NCBI RefSeq assembly: GCF_000143415.4 | Contig: NW_003314390.1 | Span: 24,973 to 88,972 of the forward strand | Reading direction: 5' to 3' | DNA from: Selaginella moellendorffii | Lineage: Eukaryota; Plantae; Lycopodiophyta | DNA length: 64,000 bases | Part shown: piece after piece, positions 34,611-47,205 of the stretch | Layout: every line of letters starts with the position of its first letter | Position numbering within the stretch: position 1 is the stretch's first letter | The notes under the pieces: model-generated | The model's input: only the letters and a program-made list of their open reading frames with translations | The model's database searches: none | What the model was told of the DNA's origin: nothing | Program-made: the position numbers and the translations under genes

Positions 34611-34701
34611 GGATATGCCTGGAATATGCGAATTTTAAACTTCTATACCGAGCTAGAATATTCTTACATAAAGAGTTGGCATATGCTCTTTTCTAGGGTT
34701 T
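34611..34701. promoter_or_regulatory. Four GNATATNC (P1BS-like) motifs plus telo-box
   Basis: ggatatgc 34611, gaatatgc 34622, gaatattc 34656, gcatatgc 34679; ctagggttt at 34693. Confidence 0.7.
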
Positions 34702-34710
34702 GTGGAAGCT

Positions 34711-35903
34711 ATGGGCAGGGAGGTCTCGACGAGCACTGGATTGCGCTGCTCTGCGCTGGACGCCATCGCCGATCGCCTTAGCGCCTTGCCGGAGCTCTAC
34801 CTTCCGCATTCGTCCTTCGCCGGGCGCGCGGATCAACAGGTGAGCCAGCAGGAGAAGAAGGATCATCTCGTCTCGCTGCTCCACAGGGACGCGGCTATCT
34901 TCCTCGGTGAGTAAAGAATGTCTTGCGATCTTCGATGGAATTCGTGTTGATTTCCTTGTTTTCCTTGCAGAGCGCTATGGGAGCCGGCTCTTGCTGTCGG
35001 AGCTCACAGAGTTTGAGTGTCTCAAGGAGGATTACGAGGTGAATTGGCACCTCAAGAAGCTCAGGGCGGCCAAGAATCCATCGCCGGGCGAGCAGCGATC
35101 CAGGGCCGCGGCAGTGAAGAACCGGCGGCTTGCGTTCCTGGAGCAGCTTGTGGAGGATGGCAACTATTTCTCCGAGGAGGAGATGAGGATGCGGTGCCCG
35201 TTGCTCCATCACGAGTACGTTGGCCAGTTCCAGGAGCCGTCTATCTGGGCCTTCTCGCGGCGCGGGGACAAGATGGCGGACATTCTCATCAGGCAGTCCG
35301 AGGAGGCTTTCATCCAGCGCAAGATGGAAGAGGAGCGCAAGAAAATCCTGGAAGTGGAAGAAGAGGAGGAAGAAGAGGAAGAAGATGAAGAAGACGAGGA
35401 AGATGAAGGAAAAACAAAAGATGGCGAGCAGCACAAAAATGAAGAGGTGAGTTTTCCATGGTTTTAGCTCCTCGGGAAGAACTCTCTTCGATTTTTTCTT
35501 CTAGATTACTGACGGCCTTGCTTGGAATGTGTTGCAGTCATACACTTCCGAGGTTAATGCCTTGTGTTGCTTGCAGCTCTCTGACGATGCCGGGACTTCA
35601 AACCAAAGGCAAGCAGTGCCATCGCCACTGCCACCGTCCAGCGACGATCGGCTTCAAGCGTTCTCTCAGGAGATGATGGCCAAGTTCCTCGCTGCTGAGG
35701 ACAAGAACAAGCTCTCGCCGGAGGAGCTTCAATGTAAGCTGGATGACTTTACCCGCGTGATGCAGGAGAAGTTCCTGAGCGGTGAAGACTCGGAGCACGT
35801 CGACTATGCTGTGATCGATGACAACGCTGCTCTGGACGATCACTGGCTCCGTGAGGTGTCTCACGAGGCCGAAGAGAAGTACTTCGAGGAGGAGGATCTC
35901 TGA
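34711..35903 (+). CDS. CCDC97: CCDC97 (DUF2052) family protein
   Basis: IFLERYG; VKNRRLAFLEQL..YFSEEEMRMRCPLLHHEYVG; MQEKFLSGEDSEHVDYAVIDDN..EEKYF. Confidence 0.88.
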
Positions 35904-36114
35904 TGAACAGGTTCTTTGAAGAGATTCTCGTGTACATAACTTAACTGGCAGCTTGTTCCTGTGTAACTCTTTTAGCGTGTTCTTTTGCAGCGCAGGTGCG
36001 CTGCGAAGTTGTGTATTAAGTTAAAAGAGATTGAATCTACAAGTAAGCTTTGTCATTACTTTCCTTGAGCAGTGTCACGCGCGCTTGTTTGTTTGTAAGC
36101 CACACAGCTTGGCT

Positions 36115-36878
36115 ATGGCGAGTCTCGCAATTGGACTCTTGCCACTGGTACCTCAGCACAAGCGTCGATTTGATCGGTTTCTTTCTCGTTCTGCAACAGC
36201 GAAAAGACTGCTGAAAGTCGCTGCGAGTTCCAGTAATTCCACTCCAAGTGAAAAGGTATCGTTTCTTCGATTTTCATAACATTCTGGCTGCTTCATAGAA
36301 GTTTTTCTACAGGGCATAGCAGTTACTCCACAAAAAATCCGCGAGATTGTAAATTCGAGCTCCTTGGCAGCCGTGACATTGCTGCTTGGATGGACTCAGG
36401 TAAAATTTTTGTAAGAAAATGTTAATTCTAATTTTTCTACCCAGAGTGCGGGCATTGCTGGAGCGACCGGCAGAGATCTGGTCGATCGAGCGGCGTATCC
36501 AGAGTATAGTTTGGAACAATGGATTGTGATTCTCGTGGCGTGGGGCGGCGTCGCATTTTTCTACTTCATCTTCCTACCGGTAGGTACTTCACTCTCACTC
36601 GAGAGAACTTACGCAAACCTTTCTTTTATTCTTGGCAGCCAGTGATTTACGCTTATCTCCACACCAGATGGATGAAGCGCAACAAATACGAAGCGTTCTT
36701 CCAGTTCTTCATCGTCTTTGCTTTCTTCCCAGCGTAAGGACTTCGTTCTTCCTTTTGCCATCCATGTTTCTAATGAATTTTTGTGGATTCTCGTGCTTGT
36801 AGATTGCTTCTATGGGCTCCATTCATAAATTTGAGGCCTCTTCCCACCGATCCCACAAAGAAATACCCGTGGGAGTGA
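36115..36878 (+). CDS. ndhL: Chloroplast NDH complex subunit L
   Basis: Transit-peptide-like N-terminus; YLHTRWMKRNKYEAFFQFFIVFAFFP; LLWAPFINLRPLP..KYPW. Confidence 0.88.
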
Positions 36879-37002
36879 CGAGCCAAAAAGTGTAAGATAA
36901 GCTCTCTTTTTAGGGCAAAATAGGATATCTCAAAAGCCCTAAACAGGGAAGGCAAACAGGATATTCCAAATGGAGCTGGGAGGGAATTTTAGGGCTAGAG
37001 CA

Positions 37003-37681
37003 ATGCTGTTGGTGCGAGCTCATGCTCGCGCGGTAGCAGGGTATGGGCGATCGGGCAGCGGCAGCTTGTGGAATCGCCGGCGATGGAGCTCAGAAGCTCC
37101 GGCGGATCCAGCGCCGCCGCCTCCTGATAGATTGAATTTGGCGGAGGGCTTCGTCAAGGTGTGGGAAAATTTTGCGAGCAGCGTGCGGCTGATTTCTTGA
37201 TGGTGAGATAGCTCCGGTTTCGTGCAGAGGATGCTAGAGATTGAGCGAGAGGATGGCAAGAAGCGGCTTCTTCGGCTCACTGTGGACAGTGGCGGATGCT
37301 CGGGGTTCCAGTATAACTTTAGCTTGGATGAGAAAGCCCAGTCGGACGATCGGTACGCTATGCTTTCTCTTTTCTTCTTTATAAAAACTTTGTGAGAGCA
37401 TCGATTGCTGCCAGTGTTTTTGAGAAAGATGGTGCGACGCTGGTGGTGGATGGAATCTCTTTCGACTTTGTAAAAGGCTCTACGGTAGATTTTACGGAAG
37501 AACTTATGCGCTCGTCGTTTATGGTATGCAAAATCTCTCGAGATCTTCCTCTTTCCGGTTTCCAGTTTTGGTTTTCTCTTCATTTCCCTGATTGCTGGAT
37601 TGTTTCGATTGACAGGTTACGTCCAACCCCAACGCATCCGCTGGCTGTGGTTGTGGAGCTTCTTTCGTCCGTAAACCATAG
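37003..37681 (+). CDS. ISCA2: Mitochondrial A-type Fe-S assembly protein (IscA2-like)
   Basis: [50 protein letters not shown]; Arg-rich targeting peptide. Confidence 0.9.
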
Positions 37682-38655
37682 ATGGTTCTATAATAGAGAA
37701 AAAGGAAACGAATTTTGTCCCAGCATTGGTGGAGTCTGAGCACGCGTGTAGATAAGTTTGGATTGACAGTTTGACACTTCTGTGTTGTAGGAAAACTGTC
37801 TGGCTTAATGGCAGCAGTTTAGATCCCCTGGCTGCGAAGCAAAGGCAAAAGCTTTTGCCAGATCTTGGAATGGGCTGGAAACAGCTGCGAGCGTCAAATC
37901 GAGCGCAGCAGCAGTGTCAGGCAAATTGGCCTGGATCACTCTCGAGAAACTTTGCGAGATCCAGAAAGATCCATGCCTTGATCACAGTAGGAATGCCTCC
38001 TTTTTCTCTATCACTCACTCACTTGAGGATTCCTGGCACCTTGACCCAGGAAGAAAGAGAAGTTTTTGGAAGAAAGCGAGACAATAGAGGATGGGTTTGT
38101 CAGTTGTTGGCACCTACACGTAAGTACAAGAGTGTGACCATTCAATTCGATTCAATTCCAATCCACAAAGCAAAGATTTCTCCCCATTTTTCTTTTCATT
38201 GTCCTATGCTTGTCTGCCAAAGCCAAGCCTACCAACGAGCCCTAATTTCCAGCAACTGATAAACCCTAATGTTTTTGTCGCCCGCCAAACTAGCTAGCCG
38301 CTATGATGGCCGCAAGTGGCAGGCAGCAACGGTGCCACGTTTTAGCGCCCTCCCGGCCAATGAGGCTTTAGTGTTTGATATTGCGCATCCAATGGCCACT
38401 CGTTTAGATCTGCATTTCTGACACGTGTATGCGTATATGTATTAGATTGGCCTATGGCCATGCATGGGGCCAAATTCCATGGCCATGGCAACTAGCACAT
38501 AGTCGCGAGCGTAGCTAGCCACAATTTGGTGAAGCGTGCTAGGGATTTTCTTTCTTTTGTGCTAGGAGTGGGAAATATTTTCCCTTTGGCTAGGTTTTCG
38601 ATCCGGCGCGCCTTGGTGGATTTCATGAGAAGCGCGCGCGATCTCGGCAGCGTCG

Positions 38656-40297
38656 ATGATGTCCAGCGCCTGGGGATACACGGATTTGAGCAGCGGAGGA
38701 GTGCCTTGGGCGCAGGTGAGTCCGTGTGCTCGATTTTCTGTCCGAAATTTCGAGTCCTGGGAGTGAGATCGCAGTGCTTGACTGTCTTGGCAGACCGGAA
38801 TCGCGGGTAATCGTTGCGATTGCGACAGCTTTGATCCTCTCGAGCGTGCGAGGAAGATTGGCGGCTGGGATGATGTCCCATACGGCACAGGAGGGGGGTC
38901 TTTCCCTGCAGCAAAGGAGGTGGTGGTGGATCAGGAATGTCCGTCGTGGCCTCTCCGGCTTTGCTCGACTACAACGCAAGGATTCCAAGGTGGGATTGAG
39001 ATGAGCAGGGAGTTCGAAGCACTCGTGTCAGTGCCGGAATCGTTGACAGCTCGATCGAGCTCCTCGAGCAGCAATGTTGCGAGCACGAGCGCTGCTCGCT
39101 TCGACTCGTTCCTAGACGAGAATGGCGATGCCAGTGTGGCCACAAGCTCTTGCCACTTTCCTTTGTCCGAGGAGTGCCTTGGACAAGCTCCCTCGTACAA
39201 AGAAGTGGCCGATGGCTGGGACGCTATCGGCTCCCTAGCCGACATGGACGATTTCCTGGGGTACGTAACTTCCTCGTTTTACTTACTCGTGAGTGATGAG
39301 TGACAAGCTTATTGCATGCAGACACAATCCACCATTTGGGCAAGCCAACTCTTTGGAAGTCCAGAGCCAGATGATGCCGCCAGTGCCGAGAATCTCTCCC
39401 GAAAGTTGCAAAAAGAAGTTGGTGCGTGTTTTCCTACGTGCTGGTTTCTCAGTCGCGGGAATAACTATCTGCTTTGTTTTTTCCCAAACCTTCGAGCAGC
39501 CTATTCTTATCCAGCATGAGGCAACGTCTGCAAAAAGGTTGAAAACGCTGTCGCCATGGATCTCTGGAAAGCCTTCACAAAGACATACGTTTCACCAGGA
39601 GTTTAACTCTCCGGCCTTGCCCGTCGTGGAGCCGCAGGGAACGGCGACCGCTAGCAGCATCGAGCACCTGCTTCTGCTCCAAAGGGCCATGAACTACAAC
39701 GGCGCCATCCAAGCTTCCAACTCGGTGCTCGGTGGGGCATATAATTACGCAGCACCGCCTGCTTTTGGAGACGGCTCTCTGGAGGCCTCCGTACTCTACC
39801 AGCTTGGGTGCACAATGTCCAAGGTACTAAACTTCCCTGATCTTGATGACGGAGGAGAGCATCCCGTTTTTTCTTCTTTTCGCTGTCACAGCTGGACGTC
39901 AGCACAAGGCTTTGCATCCGAAACGCTCTCTACCGTCTCGCCACGAGTGCCTGCCACAGAAGCGGAGACGAGGGCGTGAGCTCCATCGAATCTTCTGCCA
40001 AGAGGTACGTCCGGGGTATCGAAAGTTAACGATCGGTACGAAAGATCGTGTGCTCTGTTCGCCAGGCCCGGTGGCATTCCCTGCTTGGAGACATGCACGA
40101 ATCCAATCGACCGCACGGTGGCAAGCCTGCTGTTTTACAAGCCGGAAGCAGACACTACTCAAGACGGGTCCGTGTCTCCACAGTCGACGGTGGTCTCATC
40201 AGAAGGCTCCTGGATCCAGCAGCCAGTGGCAATGGCAGGCGTCACACCGCAAGCCACACTTCCGCGCTGCGCTGGCTACTTCGCGCGAGGGGTTTAA
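38656..40297 (+). CDS. LNK-family clock co-activator (copy 1)
   Basis: GWDAIGSLADMDDFL; LEASVLYQL..LDVSTRLCIRNALYRLA; TNPIDRTVASLLF (LNK conserved motifs). Start inferred from splicing. Confidence 0.8.
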
Positions 40298-40456
40298 GGA
40301 CACTCCGCGCGAGGGGTTTAAGGAGGGGGTGGCACACACAGGTCAAAGGAGAGGCGAAAGGAGTGGGGTAGAAAAACAAGGCGGGCCGCGCGGTGAATAC
40401 ATAGCAGGGGGGCCGGGGGTTCTGGGTTCAGGGTTTAGGGTTTATAGAGCTCGCGA

Positions 40457-42262
40457 ATGCAGGCTGCTGGGTTGGTTCGTGGGCTGGAACCAGCACTAGT
40501 GGGCGACGACTTTGGCTTCTTCTCGGGCGAGTGTGAAGTGGCAGCGGCATTTCACAACCCGTTTGTAGCGGCAGCAGTTGCGCACCGGGATGCTGTTGCT
40601 GCTGCAGCTGCTCCTGGTGCGGCTACATTCGCTAACGTCTTGGCGGCCGCCAAGAGGATAAGGCTGGGTGAGAGGTGCTGGGGGAGCGGCTTCGAGGAGG
40701 AGGATAGCGCGCCTGAGAAAACGGTGCGTAGCTCTTGTCGCTCGGCTCCTCTCCTTTCTCCTTTGCTTTGCTTTGCTTTCCGTCCTCCTTGCTGCTTTCT
40801 CCTGGGATAGGATTTGGTTCTTGAGTCGCTCGCATTAAATTAGTAGCCCTTGAGAGTGACGATTGAGTGGATGGCATTTCTCTTGTGACATGACTTGAAT
40901 GCTTTCAGAGAAGTCAATCTTGCAGACGAAACGCTGTGAAAGAAAAAATAAAGGGACCGGTGGAAGGAAGGAATGCTCCCAAGTTTTTGGGACGGGTCCG
41001 GTGGTTATGTACTGCCAAAGTACGCTTCCGAGCCATCCAGTCCGGTGTGCATGCGTTAAGAGTGCCGAAGGTGCTCGTTCTTCGTTTGGGTGATGCGGGG
41101 GCTTGTCTTTTTCCAAGAGCTGCTGGGCTTTTCTAAAGTGCTTTGCTATGGTTTTGGCAGGCTCGGGTCCCTGAACCGGTTCCCTCGAATGATGACGATT
41201 GGGACAAGGAGCTAGCACCGGAAGATCTCGAAGAGTTTGTACTCTCGGCTTTGTCACCAGAGGCGCTCGACAACGGGAAGCCTGACATCGAAAATGCTAC
41301 TGGTGCTAAAGGCGATGCAGGAGTTGTTTCGGCAAAGCCAGGCCTGGACAGGGGGCAGCAAAGTCACAGCCATAGCCAAACTGGCGTCAGCAGCTCTGAG
41401 AGGATAAAAGGGAAGGCAGCAGCAGTAGAACCCGAGCTTTCCGCAGGTGCTCTGGTTCTTCAGGAGCTGGAGACGGTTGTCTCGAAGGTACGCCCCTTGC
41501 GGCTTTAAAAACCATTGCACATTTTTTTCATCTATGCCCGATCCTTTTTTACAGCTCGAAAGCCGGAGCAGACTTTGCTTGAGGGACGCGTTCTACAGGC
41601 TCGCAGACAATGCCACGCGAAGAACCGGAGTTCAAGCCGACGCAGCGGAACTCCAGCGCTTGTCGTGGCGCACAGCATCCTTGTCCCTGAGGTACAAACA
41701 CCAACCCCGTCTCTTTTCTTTTCGTTCTCTCGCATTTCCAGTTTCCTGGTACGTAACGCTCGATCGAAAACCAAACAGACAGGAGCTGTCAACTAATACG
41801 ATTGATCGATCCGTCGCGAGCATGCTCTTCTGCAAGGAATCTCCCCCTCCACCTCTCCCGCTCCCGGCTCCCTCCTCGCCGCCGCCTCTTCCTCCACTTC
41901 CTCCGCGGCCGCGTTCTTCTCCTGGTCGTCCTCTTCGTCCCAAATCCTCAGCTTCTTCGAGCAGTAGCATTCCAAAGAAGCAACACCAACACCATCAAGC
42001 TCCGCTGGGCAACAACACCAACAAGAAGTTGTCGCTGGCCCCAGCTCACAAGCATCGTTGTGCTGGATCGACCAGCGTGCTACGAACAGCCACGACATTG
42101 CGAGCGACGCCGGCGGCGATCCCAGGAGCAGCTGCCAGGAACACCAAGAGTTTGATACTACTCCCGCCATCAGCGGCCACCAAGCGAAGATCGCCAAATG
42201 CCACTACTACTTTTACTAGTACTAGTACTACTACGACGACTAACAAACGAGGCAAGCTCTGA
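40457..42262 (+). CDS. LNK-family protein (copy 2), Pro/Thr-rich tail; 5' exon structure uncertain
   Basis: LVLQELETVVSK|LESRSRLCLRDAFYRLA; TNTIDRSVASMLF; telo-boxes just upstream of 40457. Confidence 0.7.
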
Positions 42263-42575
42263 GGGTGGCGAAGAAAAAAATAAAACTGCAGACCGAATTT
42301 GGGTCGCTTGACTTTGTCAAGTAAAGATGTTTATCGAGAATATTCTAAAATGTTACGAATATGGCCTTTTTCCCCCAAAACTGTAAGCAAAACTACGGCA
42401 GTAAATATAAAAGTATTTTCTTGTAACCTAATGCCACTGGCCTAGGTGGCACTCTTCCCGTTTGTGCCGTCTGGAATATTCAATAGAATGTTCCTTTGTT
42501 TAAATAAATGTTCTTTTTGTTTGGTATATTCTGTTTATGGAGCAAAAGGAAGATGCTTGAGCAGAGATGGAGTAG

Positions 42576-45194
42576 ATGCTTTGGGAGAACTACGCGTCGG
42601 CTCTTCGATGGTGCGCCAAGACCAGGTCGCTCGCCCAGGGAAAACGAATCCATTGGGCGCTGATCGAGGAATTGGGCGACCATCCTGGCGCGCTCTTGGG
42701 GAATCTCTTGATCGGCATGTATGGGAGGTGTGGCTGCTTGGGAGAGGCTCGCGAGGCGTTTGAGAGGTTGAGCGAGAGAGATGGGTCGTCCTGGGACGCG
42801 ATGCTGGGAGCGTATGCCCAGAATGGGGATGTGGGCGGTGCTAGGCGGTGCTTCGAGACAATGCCGACGAGGTCCAGCGGCTCGTGGCGCGGTTTGCTGT
42901 GGGCATTGGCGCGCAGTGGGCGGGGAGGCGAGGCGATGGAGATGCTCAGCAGGATGGATCAGGAAGGCGTGGAGATCCAGCTCGCAGCGCTCGCCGCCGC
43001 CGTGAGCGCGTGTAAGAACCTCCAGCAAGGGATCGCCATTCACGAAGAGATTGCTACCCGCGGAGTAGAGTGGGAGGCGATTCTTGCAACAGCACTTATA
43101 AATATGTTTGTTAAGTTGCGTTGCTTGCAAAGAGGCAAGGATTTGTTTGATAGAGTTCGCCCTTCCAGCCCAGTGGCGTGGACAATTCTCATTGTAGCAA
43201 ATGCCCAAGAAGGGCATCTTGATATAGCGCAGCACCTCTTTAGATACATGCCAGAAAGAAACTTGATCTCATGGACAAGTATGATCACAATACTTGCAAG
43301 AGCCTCCCAAATCCACGAAAGCTGGAGCTACTTCCAAAAAATGCCAAGCCGAAGCGTAGTCTCTTGGAACGCTATCATTGCAGCATTTACCTTAACAGGG
43401 CATCCATGTCAAGCACTAAAATGCTTTGGAGAGATGGACCTTGACGGCGTGGAGATGGATTCCATCACCTTCGTATGCGTCATGGACGCTTGTTCCATCG
43501 TGGGCGAGTTACAAATTTGTAAAATTCTCCATGCCGGGCTCGTGGATCGCGAGATCNNNNNNNNNNNNNNNNNNNNNNNNNNNNNNNNNNNNNNNNNNNN
43601 NNNNNNNNNNNNNNNNNNNNNNNNNNNNNNNNNNNNNNNNNNNNNNNNNNNNNNNNNNNNNNNNNNNNNNNNNNNNNNNNNNNNNNNNNNNNNNNNNNNN
43701 NNCCAGAGAGGCCAGATCGAGGAGGCACAGCGCGTCTTCGACCAAATGCCTACCACCGCCATCGACACCGTCTCGTGGAACGCGCTCCTCGCAGCCTACA
43801 CTCGCGGCGGGCGGACGATCGAGGCCGCCAGGATCTTCGACGCCATGGCGATGATCCAGTGCAACACCATCACCTGGAACACCATGATCTCGGGCTTCCT
43901 GGACAACGATGAGCCGCATGCCGCGATCCAGGCTCTCCGGAGGATGGATCTCGAGGGCTTCCAGGCGGATCGCGTGAGCCTGATCGCGGGAGTGTACGCG
44001 GCGGCCGGGATTGGGAGCGCCGCCGCCGGCGAGGAGCTCCTCGCTGCCGGGATGCTCGATCTCGACCGCGACTCCAGTGCCGCAGCGGGCGCGATCCATC
44101 TATATGGCCGATGCTGCAGGCTGGATCGCGCGCGGGAAATCTTCGCATCGATCGCGCGCCGCGATGCGCTGTGCTGGGACGCGATGGTGAGGAGTTTGGC
44201 GCACGCCCGGGAGCTCGGGCTCGCGCTGGCGGCGCTGGAGAGGATGCCGTACAACGACCTCTACGCGTGGAACGCGGTGGTGGCGGCGCACGCCCAGGCG
44301 GGGCTTGTACGGCAGGCGGAGGAGCTCTTCGCCGCCATGCAATACCGAAACGCAGTGTCGTGGAACACGATGATCGCTGGCTACGCCCAAAACGGCCACC
44401 ACTGCCGCGCTCTCCACCTCTTTCGATCCATGGACCTCGAGGGCGTGCCGCCCACCAAGATCTCCTTCATCTCCTCGATCGATTCATGCGGAGAGGTGGC
44501 GGTGGCCGCGGTGGGGGCGGCGGCGGGGCCGCTCCTCCACGCCGAGATCGCTGGGAAGAGCTTCGAGTGGGACGTGGGCGTGGCCACCGCGGTGATTAGC
44601 ATGTACGGCAAGCTCGGCCTCCTGGACCGCTCACTGGCGGTATTCCACGGCATGCCGCGGAGGACCGTGGTTCCGTACAATGCCACCGCCGCGGCGCTGG
44701 CCGAGAATGGCCGTTCCCGCGACGCGCTGCACTTCCTCCACACGATGCTGCTCGACGCCGTTACACCCAGCGACGTGAGCTTCCTCATCGCCATCGCGGC
44801 GTGCAGCCACGCCGGGCTGTACGAGGATGGATTGGAGCGCTCGGCTGGGATGAGCCAGGATCACGGGCTTGATCCCAGCTTCGATCACTACCTATGTGTG
44901 GTGGATCTTTTGGGACGGGCGGGGCAGCTGGGCGACGCCGAGGAGCTGCTGTGCGTGATGCCGTACGAGCCCGACGTGGTAGCTTGGACCGCGCTGCTTG
45001 CCGCCAGCGTCAACCACTGTGACGTACACCGCGCGGTGCGTGCCGCCGGGCGGGTGCTCGAGCTCAAGCACGACCCGGCCGCCTATTCTTTGCTCTTGAA
45101 CATTTGCTCTCCCAGACTGGAAACCAACTGTCAACATAATCTTGACTTTTCTATCGTCACATATTTGTACAGTGGAGAGAGATACAAACAATAG
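42576..45194 (+). CDS. PLS/E-class PPR protein(s) spanning an assembly gap
   Basis: PLS triplets and E domain (HYLCVVDLLGRAGQL..MPYEPDVVAWTALL). Continuity across the Ns is unproven. Confidence 0.8.
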   Translation: MLWENYASALRWCAKTRSLAQGKRIHWALIEELGDHPGALLGNLLIGMYGRCGCLGEAREAFERLSERDGSSWDAMLGAYAQNGDVGGARRCFETMPTRSSGSWRGLLWALARSGRGGEAMEMLSRMDQEGVEIQLAALAAAVSACKNLQQGIAIHEEIATRGVEWEAILATALINMFVKLRCLQRGKDLFDRVRPSSPVAWTILIVANAQEGHLDIAQHLFRYMPERNLISWTSMITILARASQIHESWSYFQKMPSRSVVSWNAIIAAFTLTGHPCQALKCFGEMDLDGVEMDSITFVCVMDACSIVGELQICKILHAGLVDREIXXXXXXXXXXXXXXXXXXXXXXXXXXXXXXXXXXXXXXXXXXXXXXXXXQRGQIEEAQRVFDQMPTTAIDTVSWNALLAAYTRGGRTIEAARIFDAMAMIQCNTITWNTMISGFLDNDEPHAAIQALRRMDLEGFQADRVSLIAGVYAAAGIGSAAAGEELLAAGMLDLDRDSSAAAGAIHLYGRCCRLDRAREIFASIARRDALCWDAMVRSLAHARELGLALAALERMPYNDLYAWNAVVAAHAQAGLVRQAEELFAAMQYRNAVSWNTMIAGYAQNGHHCRALHLFRSMDLEGVPPTKISFISSIDSCGEVAVAAVGAAAGPLLHAEIAGKSFEWDVGVATAVISMYGKLGLLDRSLAVFHGMPRRTVVPYNATAAALAENGRSRDALHFLHTMLLDAVTPSDVSFLIAIAACSHAGLYEDGLERSAGMSQDHGLDPSFDHYLCVVDLLGRAGQLGDAEELLCVMPYEPDVVAWTALLAASVNHCDVHRAVRAAGRVLELKHDPAAYSLLLNICSPRLETNCQHNLDFSIVTYLYSGERYKQ
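43557..43702. other. Assembly gap (146 N)
   Basis: Run of N. Confidence 1.
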
Positions 45195-45829
45195 TCAACA
45201 ATCCATCAAAGAGACTTTTCCACACAACTTGAAAAGGAGCTCTCCTCTTCGCATATGGTGCAGTTGAAGAGTTAGTGTGGCCTTGAAGGAGTCTCTTGCT
45301 CTGTTCTTGTGGTTCTCCTTGCAGGGTAGTATATATATTGTCAAAGATGAATTATCTCAGCAAAACTCTTTGACATTGTTGGGAGCTGGGAGAATGCTTG
45401 TGCAAACAGTGGAGTTTACTTTGATCACCCAACAAAAAGTGTCACTAAGTTTAACACTTGGCCCTGGTGTCAATTGTAAGGTATGTCCCAGAAGGAAATG
45501 ATGTGCCCAGCGTGATGGGGTGGTGGGCACAACGAGGCCTCCGATCTCGGTGTGACTCACTGCCAATGTTAAACTGAAGCTCACTCGTTTTGGAAATATG
45601 CGTTGAAAATCCTCTCCACAATGGTATTGCCTCTTAGCACATAGCCGTGAAAGGACAATAATCACGTCAAAACTGCTAGTGAGAAGAGCTCTCAAGTCTT
45701 CCTCTGTGCACGTATTAGTTCCGGGTGTTCCGGGAGTTCCGGGTGCACGTATTATCTGCACTGCTCGCTTGTCGGGCAAGCTTGTTTGCAACGTCTATGA
45801 TGTGCCTCATGAATTTTGAAACCACTGGC

Positions 45830-46200
45830 CAGGGTGTTGCTTAGCTTTTGGATGGGACCATGGGAGCAACCGCTTCTACATGGCTCTTGTTGAACCAAGC
45901 TGTTAGCAACCGTGTAAACCTGGCGAATTACTTGAGGCAGAACCAACGAGGCCAGTTCCCTGGAACGAGCACCAGTGACATTGACGTGACGTATTTTGGA
46001 TGCGATGGCGGCTACGATGGTGATTTCAACGTTATTGGCTTCATCGAGAACTGTTGCAGCTGTTTAGACAAGATCCCAATAGCCCAGGCAGGTTAATCGT
46101 ACGCACGTGGATAAGAACCTACTAGACGTGGACCAAGTATCAACTACTGTACATGCTGCTGTTCGGCCGCCTACTCGTTTGCTCTTAAACATGTGCTCTA
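45830..46200 (+). pseudogene. Degraded PPR tail fragment
   Basis: 46165-46200 (ggccgcctactcgtttgctcttaaacatgtgctct) resembles 45077-45110 of the upstream PPR. Confidence 0.45.
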
Positions 46201-46297
46201 AGAAAGCAAAAGCCTCTAAACAATCGAGAACCCAAAACAATAGCAGCGCAATAATTCTTATTTCTTTATTTTATTATTTTAAATATAACTTTGGGAG

Positions 46298-46926
46298 TCA
46301 GTTTGCATAGAGCAGGGCAAGACCAGACCGGAGGATATAAATCACCCCATTAAGTACAAAATAGATGCAGCTGTTAGGACGAACAATAACAATTACGTTT
46401 TGCACAATTCTGATACAGCCTTGGATGCTTACAATTATAGCTGCATCAACTCTGATATATCTGAATGGAGACCACACAGGGAAGGCATTCCCGAAATACT
46501 TGCATATGATGATGATTATTTGCGGGCAAGGGTAGCCACCCGGCACGTAAATCACAATAATCTCAAGGATGATGATGATGGGAAGAAATATTACTTTGAG
46601 AAGGGGAACTTTAACACAAACGTCATTCAGGTTGGTTATAACTTGCTGAAGTGAGCCGTTCACTTTGTTAACCGAATCTGCTGGGACACCAATGTCCTGT
46701 TCACCTGAGACCTGCTTCAGAGAACGCATTGTACCTTTAAAATCATATGAAAAAACAATTAGTAGGCTACTAATATATATAGTGAGAGATAGATATATAT
46801 ACCAGAAAGATCTTCACTGAGTGAGATATCTTGCTCCGGAACAGAGACGTCCATGCCAAAAACATTTGTGGATGCTAAGAAGAGGCACAGGAGCGAGGCA
46901 ACAATTGCCACATTTAACTTTGCCAT
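46298..46926 (-). CDS. Uncharacterised secreted protein (186 aa) with an Ile/Val-rich, Cys-containing C-terminal domain
   Basis: Exon 46926-46803 (signal peptide MAKLNVAIVASLLCLFLASTNVFG), a phase-1 GT-AG intron, and exon 46734-46298 join in frame. Confidence 0.72.
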
Positions 46927-47205
46927 TTGATTAATGCACAAATATAGGGGAAATGAACAGGAAAAGTGTGTGTTGTAAGTTTTGAAATGATACATGTTTA
47001 AATACTCAGATAAATTTCACCAAACAGGATAGATTCAAATCATATCAAATTTGATTGGGAAAGATGGTTGCCAAACACTGAAACTTCAATCGAAACAACT
47101 TAAGGTTTACGAATATTCTATGATATTTTAAGTTATGAAACATTGTTATTACTTAAGTAGTTTTATTAGAAGAAATGGAAACCACACAAACAATATAAAT
47201 CGCGA

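Noticed and set aside
40282-40325. Short tandem duplication (cgcgcgaggggtttaagga) across the LNK copy 1 stop
   Set aside because: Only two units; simple slippage, not an array.
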